Shown: piece by piece, positions 52,799 to 64,000 of the stretch
Numbering within the stretch: position 1 is the first letter of the stretch
Layout: the number at the start of each line of letters is the position of its first letter
Assembly (NCBI RefSeq): GCF_006345805.1
Contig: NC_042998.1
Span: forward strand, 17,980,001-18,044,000
From: Octopus sinensis
Taxonomy: Eukaryota
Direction of reading: 5' to 3'
Length of the DNA: 64,000 nt
Notes under the pieces: model-generated
Databases searched by the model: none
What the model was told of the DNA's origin: nothing
Seen by the model: the letters and a program-made list of their open reading frames with translations, nothing else
Position numbers and translations under genes: made by a program

Positions 52799-54715
52799 AT
52801 TTCATATCTAAAAATATCAATATTTTAAAAAATAAATTTAAAATGGCTAAAATTATAAATAATATAAATTTATCAATGAAAAAATATAAAAATATATAAT
52901 CTATATATAATCTATATATAATCTATATCTAATATAATCAAGAACTAAAATAACCTCTATAAACAATTGAATATAAAGAAACCTATTGTTAAAGTTCTCA
53001 TATTTAAAGATGAAGAATTTAATTTCAAAAAACAAAAAACAAAAAACAAAAAACAAAAATAAAAATAAACTATATATACACACATGCTCATACACATATA
53101 TTTAAGTATATATATCTAAATACATACACTAACTCACACCGCCCATATATATCTCTATACATACACATAAACATCTAGGCAACGATAAATTAATAAAAAA
53201 TAGCCAAATACTTCAACACATTACTTATTCATACTCCTCACACACACATACAACCCTCATTCATAAACACACTCACTCTGCATGACAACCACACAACCAG
53301 CATCCGCATATACTCAACCACAACAATATAAACATCATTTTTCTTAGCAAGAAACTACCAAATACCAAATACCACATATATACCACAACAATACATAAAT
53401 ACTTAAACCAAACACACACACACACATATCCAAATACCACATGCATGCAACAAACATACACAAATACGCAAACAAACACACACACACACATATCCAAATA
53501 CCACATGCATGCAACAAACATACACACAAACATATCCAAATACCACATGCATGCAACAAACATACACAAATACGCAAACAAACACACACACACATTTACA
53601 CATACATAAACACTCAAAAGAAAAACAACATTTCTACACATAAACAATGCACACCCAGAAATAGAAATAGAACATATTTATAATAAATTCTCTGCGCGTT
53701 ATGAACGAACGTTATTTCTATGGTAACGTAATTTTGTAAACGTTATAACGGTTAGACTTTAAATTCACTTCATAACTTTAAAATTGAATAGAAGGTATGT
53801 ATTTTTTCTCCTTATGCTAATCTTGTTGCTTATGTTAATCTTGTTGCTTATGGAGTGTTCTATTTATCGTATTTTCTTTGTTATTAATTATCAATAATTT
53901 AGACATACTTTGATAAATAGATAGGTCTGTTTTTAAATGATTTATTAATAGAATAACTCAATATAAGTTATTATTCACATTCATAAATTTGTTTTAGAGT
54001 GGTGTTGGGGTTTTTTAATAGTATATTGCTGAGTAGGGAATATTACTGTATGTAAGTGGCTGAGAGTATGTATCTGCTAAATTTGTTACTCATCTGTGTT
54101 GGAGTGGCGGTAGGAGTGCGGTTGTATGTGAGTGATTGTGTGTGAATGTGTGTGGGTGTGCATTGTTTATGTGTAGAAATGTTGTTTTGCGGATGCTGGT
54201 TGTGTGGTTGTCATGCAGAGTGAGTGTGTTTATGAATGAGGGTTGTATGTGTGTGTGAGGGAGTATGAATAAGTAATGTGTTGAAGTATTTGGCTATTTT
54301 ATTAATTTATCGTTGCCTAGATGTTTATGTGTATGTATAGAGATATATATGGGCGTGTGAGTTAGTGTATGTATTTATATATATATACTTAGATATATGT
54401 GTATGAGCATGTGTGTATATATAGTTTATATTTATTTTTGTTTTTTGTTTTTTGTTTTTTGTTTTTTTGTTTTTTTGTTTTTTGTTTTTTGAAATTAAAT
54501 TCTTCATCTTTAAATATGAGAACTTTAATAATAGGTTTCTTTATATTCAATTGTTTATAGAGGTTATTTTAGTTCTTGATTATATTAGATATAGATTATA
54601 TATAGATTATATATAGATTATATATTTTTATATTTTTTCATTGATAAATTTATATTATTTATAGTTTTCCATTTTAAATTTATTTTTAAAATATCGATAT
54701 TTTTAGATATGAAAT

Positions 54716-54759
54716 CCACCTGATGAATGTCATTTGAAGACAGGAAACAATTGTAGTGG
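54716..54759 (+). ncRNA. Minimal type I hammerhead (identical to 52755-52798)
   Basis: Same sequence on the plus strand. Confidence 0.75.
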
Positions 54760-54939
54760 CGATTTATTTACTTTATATTAAAATTTTTTTATGTATTGAT
54801 TAAGTCTTTCCTTGTTTGATTTGCAAAATAGTGGTTTTGTCTCTAATTAATATTATATATTTTACTATAAAATTGGATTCAATCCTAAATCTGATTTTTC
54901 CCTGTAAATTTGGATTTATTCCCTAATATTTATTAATAT

Positions 54940-55003
<64 letters not shown>

Positions 55004-55005
<2 letters not shown>

Positions 55006-55410
55006 GTAAATGTAATATGTGACAGTTATTTGGTAGCCATGATAAAACGCCGAGTTTCGGATGCCGAGGTGGAAAACCACGCCGGCATCTCTTCAGTTAT
55101 CCGGCCATCGGAAAAAATGCTATGAAAAATAACCGTTATACAAAGGGAAATTACTGTGTGATTGACGGTTATGAAGACAAAAGAGCTATTCGAATGACCG
55201 CTAAGTAAGGAGAGGGAGTAAAGTAAGGGGGTAATAAGTTCATAGTATTCGCGTAAGCGTGCCTGTTCATACCTCGGCATCCGAAACTCGGAGTTTTGTC
55301 ATGGCTACCGAATAAATGTCACATATTACATATACAGATAAATTCCTCTATTTACATAATATCGAGGTCTCTTTTTTCTTTTGTTGTCTTACCATTTTTA
55401 TCAATATATA
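55004..55410. mobile_element. Foldback element with about 65-bp inverted arms and a hammerhead (55041-55101, minus)
   Basis: 55004-55070 is the reverse complement of 55271-55338; GATAA-CTGAAGA-GATGCCG..CGGCATC-C-GAA-ACTCGGCGT-T-TTATC. Confidence 0.8.
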
Positions 55411-55415
55411 TGTAT

Positions 55416-55860
55416 ATATATTAATTGTTATCGCCATATTAATATGGTAATCTTATAGATATAAGACTAAAAGCTGTCGCTGATTAGCTCCATGAGGCCA
55501 TCGCCTTAAGATAGCTATATGACGCACAAACTGTGTCCATTAGAACCTTCGAACAAGGGAGGTCAGCCGCTTCACACTGCTAGTCAGACACTACAGACGC
55601 GTTTCAGGGTATTTGCCCCTTGTCAATGTAGCGTAGTCGACTCAGCAGGTGTCGCCACTGATCGTCTCTGTTCGAAGGTTCTATTTACCTATTTTCAGTG
55701 GAATACATCCACTTGTTTTCAATAATAGAAATATTAAAATCATTAAGTTTGTGTGTCATATAGCTATCTTAAGGCGATGGCCTCATGGAGCTAATCAGCG
55801 ACAGCTTTTAGTCTTATATCTATAAGATTGCCATATTAATATGGCGATAACAATTAATTT
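55416..55860. mobile_element. Foldback/MITE-like element with about 115-bp near-perfect inverted arms
   Basis: 55416-55530 vs 55745-55859, two mismatches seen; inner IR agaaccttcgaaca / tgttcgaaggttct. Confidence 0.9.
55589..55633 (-). ncRNA. Type I hammerhead with U3:A8 core and GUC cleavage triplet
   Basis: CGCTACA-TTGACAA-GGGG caaata CCCT-GAA-ACGCGT-C-TGTAGTG; 7-bp stem I. Confidence 0.8.
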
Positions 55861-56818
55861 CCAGTAACGCTGTCGTAATCTCTTTTAGAGAGACTTAGCA
55901 ATTTCAATATTTCTATTATGTATATATATATATATATATATATAAAATAAGAAAGGGTAAAGTTAATTAATTAAGAAGTAATCAATAACTTCACCAAGTA
56001 GACGTCCAAACAGTGAAACAAATCTATCGTTCGAATTTTGCTTGCCATTTTAGAAACTTTATTCTCACCAGCGAAAATTGTATGTTGTTGACGTCTGTAA
56101 GTGGTAAGTACGAGTTCAACGCGCAGCCTTTGAGGTTTTCTATCTGAAGGGGTTTTTAACCCATTAACACACTATCGTTTACAGCATTATCTCCTTCGAG
56201 TTTCGCTTTACTTTTGCAAAAAAAAAAACTTTCTTATAAAATATACTACTTTTTTTCCTTCTTAGGTGATCGTTTTTCATCTTCTGTTTTGTAAAACGGG
56301 AATAATATAAATTTTCCATTTGCACAAATGTCTTGATGCTTACTACACGAAACATTTCTAAGAGATAAATCTTTGATTTCTTGTTTATGCAAGCTTATAT
56401 GACTGGTTGGCTTTCTCCAGTGTAGATTTCAGTGCATTGCGGTGTGTTGTAGGGGATGAGAATTGTTATTTGGCAATCCATGTTTGCATATATTTCTGGT
56501 TCCTTCCCACTCTTGAATTTTGGGGTCGTTCCGTGCTCAATTATTTTACATGTCATCTAGGACATTTCAACTAGGACGTGAAATAACTGAGAAAAACAAA
56601 AGAAATGGTTAATAACTTTGTAACATTAGATATATATATATATATATATATAATTAAGGCTTAGCAAAAAGTTGCTTCATCACATACCGAAAATTTAGAA
56701 ATAGCAGTCAAAAACCGCCAATTCTTTTAACTACAATTTAACTCCACAGACCGCATTACTCGTAACTCACATAGGCAAAAAGAAGGGAAGATATCGAAAT
56801 CAACCAGTCTTACGATTA

Positions 56819-56856
<38 letters not shown>

Positions 56857-57419
56857 TGTGTATGTGTGTTGCATGCGCGCGTGCATGTGTGTGTATATTT
56901 GCGCGTTTGTGTGTTCATACATTTATAGATTATTGAAAGCGTTGTTGAAGCAACAATGTGTGTTTAAATCTTCGTTTTTAATTAAGATGTAGTTGTTTTG
57001 TAAATGATGATTATCGCCTCATTTCAGTGGATTATACTCATACTATGTGAAGTTTATTTAGCCGGAAGTTCTAAATAGAAATTAATTTTTCATGATTATG
57101 GTTATTTGTTCACTGGGAAGACAAGCGTAAAATTTACATCGTGCCAAGGAAATTAACTACCTACCTACCTACCTACCTACCTACCAAAGTATCTACTTTA
57201 CACACACATGCACAGACACACGTTGATCGATAGGTATAATTTCTTGAATAGTATGTAAATTTTAATTTACACTTCCTTGTGTCCAAGTAACAACGAATAT
57301 ACATTATGTTAAAACATCTCTTAAAATGTCAGCATTATGCATCAGAATATGCCATTTTGAGTGATCACCAACGAATGGGAAAAGGCACGAATGAGAAAAA
57401 GGAACAAAATGATCAAATG

Positions 57420-57900
57420 CAAAACGGAAACAAAATCTCTAAATAAGCTACCCACCACGTGAAACTACCAACTATGTAGTCACCTCCAGCAGTTAAAAGG
57501 TGTGATCGGTCCTGTTATGGAACTTGTGAAACCATTCTCTAAGACACAACGGGTAACGTTATATCAGGACAAGATTTTACTGTAAAAAATAAAAAAAAAC
57601 ATTTTGTTTTTCTGCCATCAAATGCAATGGATGCAGGGAAGTCTACATGGGACAAATTAAACTCAGTTTAATAATGAGATTATATATTGATCGTCAACAA
57701 ATACGTGATCCAAAAACAAGACAAATTCCACTTAGTGAACATCTGGACACATGCGCGATACCAAGTATCCCAAATTTCTTGTCTTTCCACTCTGTCAATT
57801 TACACACAATACACCAGACCAAACAAGATATAATAAGCGAAGTTCCTTACTCTATGTACAAGCCACTACTGAACACGTAATAAAGGTACAAGTAATGCAT
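57420..57900 (+). mobile_element. Decayed PLE GIY-YIG region
   Basis: RQQIRDPKTRQIPLSEHLDTCA / FLVFPLCQF parallel the 25150-25300 frame. Confidence 0.7.
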
Positions 57901-58617
57901 GGTTTTCCTTTACTTATGAAGAAATTATTGTAGAATGTCTAATTGGGTTCGTTCTGAAGAAAATCAAAATTCATGTAGCAGCTATCATCTATCTTATTTA
58001 CTCCACACTTCGTCATCTTACTTACGCCACGCCTTGTTAACAGAGAAAGAATGTATTATATCATTTTCAAAGGGCGGGAAGAAGCGCTAACTGATAAAAT
58101 TATTCTTATGTAATCAAGTATTTTAATACTTATTCATACCACTCTTTCCTAACGTCATATGGCATATTCAGTAGAGAAAAGCTTTTATGTGACCTTTTCG
58201 CATGACTGTCACGTGTGCGTAATACATTAACGTTGACCAATCATTTGTACGTTAGCCGATAGCATCCTGAGCTACATCCCTACTTTATAAACAAACTATT
58301 GTCATAATAACAGCCAAAATAGTCATAATTCGCGACACAAATCCGTACACTTTTTAAAATCTAATGTGAAACCGGTCAGGTGCATTCCTATATCTTAATA
58401 TATACTTAAATTCTAATTAATTCCAATTTATGCTCTGTGAATTTTCATTTTCGACTTTTCCTCTACTTAATTGGATCAATGACGATATATATATACATAT
58501 ATATACACACACATACACACACACACGCACATATATGTAAAGATATGCATATTTATGTATATATGTATATACAGATATATATGTATATATATATGTATGT
58601 ATATATATATATATATA

Positions 58618-58843
58618 TTTCTTTACTACCCACAAGGGGCTAAACATAGAGGGAAGAACAAGGGCAGACAAACGGATTAAGTCGATTATATCGACCCCAG
58701 TGCGTAACTGGTACTTAATTTATCGACCCCGAAAGGATGAAAGGCAAAGTCGACCTCGGCGGAATTTGAACTCAGAACGTAGCGGCAGACGAAATACGGC
58801 TACGCATTTCGCCCGGTTTGCTAACGTTTCTGCCAGCTCGCCT
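58618..58843 (-). mobile_element. SINE family B
   Basis: Family B consensus. Confidence 0.9.
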
Positions 58844-58935
58844 ATATATATATATATATATATGTATATACATATGTATATATGCACATGGATATATACA
58901 CACACACATATATATATATATGTATATATGCACAT

Positions 58936-58986
<51 letters not shown>

Positions 58987-59482
58987 ACACATGTATATGT
59001 GTGCGCGCGTGCACGCGTGTGCATGTAATGTTAAAGAATTTAAGACAGAAGAAAACTAATATTCAGCTACCAAGAGATTATTCCCTTACCTCATTTCTGT
59101 AAAACCGTGAGTGCAATGCTCATAAAATTTATTGTGAGAAGATAAACACATAAACACTAGTAGATTTATCAGTGTTGAACAAAAATTAATTGTCAGATAG
59201 GAAACATCCAGTAGCTATACCTGTATTATTATCTCCTTCCGCATGCTAAGAGAATTATTTTTAGTCAGGCATAGATACGTGTTTACATACACAAGGAATC
59301 TTTTCTTTCTAAATGTAGGAAAGTACGCCGAAGATTATTGTTTTGCTAGTGCGTTAGTTAATTAATAATGCAACAGATGTATCAACTCCCATCTTGAGAG
59401 ATACGTTAATTAAGCAGCGCAAGTCTGAAGAAACAATATAGATAATGAAGATTTATAACATGAAGGACATCAACAACAATCC

Positions 59483-59518
<36 letters not shown>

Positions 59519-59542
59519 TAATAATAATTGTAATTATTATTA

Positions 59543-59603
<61 letters not shown>

Positions 59604-59649
59604 CATTATTATTGTTGTTGTTGTTATTATTATTATTACTTTTTTTTCT

Positions 59650-59909
59650 TCTTTCAAATTTGCTTCCATTTCTTGCCGAATGTCTTCCCGACTCCTAGGG
59701 CAAAGAAACTCATAGTATACATTGGTAGGCCATTAAACCAAACTCAGTAGTTCCTTCATTTTTTAATTTATTTTTTAAAGTTAAATTAAAAGTTAAATTA
59801 AAATACATGAGCAGCAACAGTTCTCACATCGACAATGCTCTTCTCAATACGTGTGATGTACCAGTTAAGACAATCTTTTGCACTTCTTGCAGGGATGGTA
59901 AGCCAGGGA

Positions 59910-59911
<2 letters not shown>
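59650..59911 (-). mobile_element. R4/Dong 3'-terminal fragment flanked by (TAA)n
   Basis: IPGLPSLQEVQKIVLTGTSHVLRRALSM, then a 3' UTR similar to 60561-60660. Confidence 0.85.
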
Positions 59912-59944
<33 letters not shown>

Positions 59945-60007
59945 TATTATTATTATTATTATTATTACTATTATTATTATTATTATTGTTATTATTAATA
60001 TTATTAT

Positions 60008-60479
60008 TGAGTGAGAGAGCAGTGCATGCCATCAAAGTGACATTGGGGTAAAATATACGAAACCCAGTATACCCATCTGATAAGGGTACACTAGGCACAT
60101 GCATCACAACCATATGTGCGCGACATGGTGATCCCTTATCAAGATAAACACCGTGTGACCTTTCGGGTGGGGCTCAGTTAGAATTTTTTCTTCAGGTCTA
60201 GTAACCCATCCCGCGCAAAATGTCCCTGAATAAGGCTTGTTTAAGGATGATGAACGGAACACCCATATTTCCAAGGGTTAATTATCCAGACCCCCAAAGA
60301 ATTCCTCTCCACACATGGCTATGATGCTCCCCCACTACTTCTGCTCGTGATCAGAGATGCACATATCGTCAGCCACTAAGGGACGTGTTCAACTGGTTAA
60401 GATCAAGCAACTGACAAGCAAATCTGTGGTATTGAGCAGAATATTTGCTGTAGCCCATCTTTTATAGCAAGACAAAACA

Positions 60480-60480
<1 letters not shown>
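60008..60480 (-). mobile_element. Repeat X (non-coding, TAA-flanked)
   Basis: Similar to 5478-5790; ends ..ctgctctctcactc(AAT)n; (TAA)n on both sides. Confidence 0.8.
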
Positions 60481-60560
<80 letters not shown>

Positions 60561-62260
60561 TTCAATTTTATTTTCTTTCAGTTCTGTTTCCATTTATTGC
60601 TGAATGTCTTCCTGACACATAGGGCGGAGAAATGCACTGTAGGCCATTAAAATAAACACACCAGATTGCTCATTTACAAAGTCATGTGATAGAGACAAAG
60701 GGAAAGAAAGAGAGAGAGAAAAAGGAAAAATAAGAAGCAAAAATAAACAAAGAAAATAAAAGTAAAAAAGGAAAGAAAATTCACAGCGACAATGCTCTTC
60801 TCAGTACGTGTGACTTACCATTTAAGACAATCTTTTGCACTTCCTACATAGATAGTAAGCTGGGGAGCTTTCTTAGATAATTTCCAGTTCCTTTTTCTTA
60901 TCATTCCAAGTGCTCCTACAATCACTGGTATTGTAATCGTCTTGTAATGCCACATTTTTTTCGATCTGGATTAGCAAATCTATATTTTCTGAGCTTATTA
61001 AATTCGTTTGCCGAGCTGTTATAGTCACAGAGTATACTCATGTCAATCAATAAACAGACTTTATTGTTTTCGTATTTCACGTCTATTTCTGGTTTACTTG
61101 CTTTGATGGTCCGGTTTGTACATAGAGAAACATCCCAAAGATCCGTTACTTTTTCTCCCTCAGTTACAGCCCTAGTGTGGTGCATGCACAATTTTGTCAG
61201 CAGTTTTGATTTAATAATGCCAACACATTATCCAATGTAGATATTGGCCAGAGCTGTCATGTCTTGATTTGTACTTTATAGCTGCTAAAACTTTACATCC
61301 AGAGATTAGGTGGCCCTGTTTCAATTCCATCGTTGCAGTATTGGCTCTTTAGGTCTACACTATTTTTCGTCACATTGGCTTGGTAGGCCCGGATAAATAA
61401 GTTCTGATTTTGAGCAGCCAAGATAAAGTCTTCTCTCTCTGTCTCATGGGTGTGCTTCTGGTCTACAACAGCTTGTTTTCTACGGGTCACGTATTTTCCA
61501 TGCAGTGGTTTTCGTTCCAACCTATCAGCCAATTGTTCAAACGTATTTTGCTTCGTTACTGATTTCACGTTCTTTGCAACTACAGTTTCTGTACTTCCAT
61601 CATGATGTTCAACATGGGTATTATGCATAAACTCATTTGGACATTTTTTGTTCTCCTTCATAACAGAATGAAGCTTCTTACGTCTTCCATGGTTTTCAAC
61701 GTGCTTTAGCATCCAGTCGTAAGAAGTTTCTAGATATTTCGCCAGTTCAATTATGGAAGTTTTGTAAGAGATTTCAAATTGGATCACGCCCCAAATTCCT
61801 TGAGCTCTGGGTAAGTAAAGACGATCTGCGTGTAGTTTTGGATGGTGTATCGTTTTGCAAGGCAGCAGCTTACAGATTTTCCTGTCAATCTTCCTAATTT
61901 CGCTCATATTCCAATTTAACAGATTGTAACTTAGACAACAACCGGAACTGCAAAGAATTTATAACTAACACCTTCTTACGTGTATTTAACTCGGATTTTA
62001 GGACTGCTTCTGTAACATTCCTTCCCGATCTTCTCTTGCATGTTTGCATCTTGAATGGTAAATCTCCTCATTTATTCCGAGGTAATATATCAGTTTGTTC
62101 CTGCTCGAGTTCTCTTATGACTGTGCCAACATCCAACACCAATGAATGTGAGGTGTTCAATTTCCCTTTCTGGAAAGTGGTCTTGGTATATTTATGAAGA
62201 CTAAATTCCATCCCGATGTTATCCCTGAATGCGAAGTGAACTAATCCAGTAAATTGATTC
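60561..62260 (-). mobile_element. R4/Dong-clade non-LTR retrotransposon (RT C-half and REL endonuclease), decayed
   Basis: DNIGMEFSL, ADRLYLPR..G, LHGKY, FILAAQ, LWD...T.RTI.A.KPEI..CLLIDMSI, IPVIVGALG, VQKIVL...HVLRRAL; 3' UTR ends at (TAA)n. Confidence 0.9.
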
Positions 62261-62263
62261 ATT

Positions 62264-62682
62264 GGCGCAGGAGTGGCTGTGTGGTAAGTAGCTTGCTAAG
62301 CAACCACATGGTTCCGGGTTCAGTCCCACTGCATGGCATCTTGGGCAAGTGTCTTCTGCTATAGCCCCAGGCCGACCAATGCCTTGTGAGTTGATTTGGT
62401 AGACGTAAACTGAAAGAAGCCTGTCGTATATATGTATATATGTATATGTATGTGTGTGTATGTGTTTGTTTGTCTGTGTTTGTCCCCCTAGCATTGCTTG
62501 ACAACCGATGCTGGTGTGTTTACGTTCCCGTCACTTAGCGGTTCGGCAAAAAAGAACGATAGAATAAGTACTGGGCTTACAAAGAATAAGTCCTGCGGTC
62601 GATTTGCTCGACTAAAGGCGGTGCTCCAGCATGGCCACAATCAAAGGACTGAAACAAGTAAAAGAGTAAAGAGTAAAGAGTA
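62264..62682 (+). mobile_element. SINE family A abutting/interrupting the R4 element
   Basis: Family A consensus. Confidence 0.9.
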
Positions 62683-64000
62683 TTGGCTGGCTTCAGAGAA
62701 AGTGGATAAAGAAAGGTGCTGTCAACTTCCCTTAACATTTTCGATTAAGACGGTAACAACGTGATATATTTTCTCTTTCTTTCACTCTTTCCCTCTCTGT
62801 GACTATTCCTCATCCTCTCGCAAGAAAGGAAAGTGTCCAAAATGTCAGATATTGTTTTCCTCATGTCTTTGAAACTGGATGAAATGGGTTATGGATTAAA
62901 TCTTCCCGTCACAGACAGTTAAAGAGTACCCCGAATCATTGCTTTTACACTAATATATTAAGGTTGGTTAGCTTTTTGTAACCATGTCTGCAGAGATGGC
63001 CTTGTACGTTTCTGGACAAAATCGATATTTAAACATGATGTAACTTCCTTTACACTCTGAAAGAAAAAATACGAATTATATTATAAATTAAAATTGCCAG
63101 TTTATGTCTACCTAGTAATTTCACTACATTTAACCATTTCAGTTGGCGAAAATCCGGAAGTCAGCAATCAGTTGTCATTTAAGTTTGTTTAACGTCTAAT
63201 TTACAGTTTCTCCCATTTTCTCCATTTCTGTCTGTCTGTCTTTCTCTATCTATCTATCTTTGTTTCTCTCTCTGTCTCTGTGTCTGTCTTTCTCTATCTA
63301 TCTGTCTGTCTCTGTCTCTGTCTGTCTCTCTTTTCCCTTTCTCTCTCTATATCAGATATATATCGGAGGTTGTAAATCTGCTTAGATTTTTAGAGTGTTT
63401 GCTTTTATTAATATCCATTGACTTAAATTCTTTTCATATGCTATTATTTTGAAGATTTGACATGTCTGACAAGGACGCTGGTTAGTATTTGTCATCACCA
63501 TACATTAAATATTTGGCAGCTGATACATTAATAAGATTAATGAGCATTTGTTTATAACATTGGATTGTTGGAAACTATCTGTTGCATTCGATACGTAATA
63601 GAATTCATAATCAATTAATTTATTTACAAGCAAAATTTTCTACTCGTATTTTAATGGGAATTAGTGACCGATTTTATTTTTAGCTTAAAAATTGACCGAT
63701 GTTGCTTTGAACTTAAAAAGTCAGAGATTCTTTTCTTTGAATTAGCTAATTCTAGCTGACAGAAATATTAGATCCTTGTCTAACAAGATATATCGATTTA
63801 GAAATGTCAAAATATTGTCTTCTACGCCAGTTATCCCCTTAAGTTACTAGAACAACATTCCCAGGTTCTTGGCTCATCTATATATTAGACACCGCCATAA
63901 TTTAGAAGATAACATATATCCCAGTTTGAGTAGTACTGTAATGACAAAACTGATGCGTCCATTTCTCTTCGATTCGTGGTATCTTGTCAGATTGAAAATA

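Larger units (their letters stand above)
52655..54860. mobile_element. 2.2-kb palindromic PLE-derived element (inverted pLTRs)
   Basis: Arms 52655-53657 (with 53309-53620 minisatellite insertion) and 54155-54860 are reverse complements; spacer carries a decayed ORF start on minus. Confidence 0.85.

Noticed and set aside
56655-56692. Minus-strand GTGATGA-AGCAA/TTGCT hairpin
   Set aside because: Stem II is present but C3 and GAAA are lost; at best a dead relic
57059-63165. CCGGAAGT ETS-like motifs near 57062 and 63154 as promoters
   Set aside because: Isolated motifs with no CpG-rich context or downstream exon

Overview
AT-rich (eukaryotic, non-coding) 64 kb window made almost entirely of transposon debris and microsatellites; no intact host gene, rRNA or tRNA gene could be supported. 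The repeat repertoire looks like cephalopod (probably Octopus) DNA, but this is inferred from recalled SINE families, not from a search. It contains tRNA-headed SINEs, RTE, R4/Dong and CR1 LINE fragments, Penelope-like elements (PLEs), Mariner, Chapaev3 and Helitron remnants. The most notable signal is a dense set of about 13 minimal type I hammerhead ribozyme motifs in several unrelated non-autonomous elements. Two of them carry the compensatory U3:A8 core (UUGANAA) in place of C3:G8. One family joins a tRNA-like Pol III head to a hammerhead tail in an inverted pair, and two MITE-looking foldback elements carry a hammerhead. Other unusual structures are head-to-tail SINE concatemers restarting at a fixed internal site, a chain of R4/Dong and SINE-like elements in (TAA)n, and a twin-primed RTE insertion. 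All coordinates and alignments were read by eye and are approximate to a few bases. SINE family letters A-D and X are my own labels.
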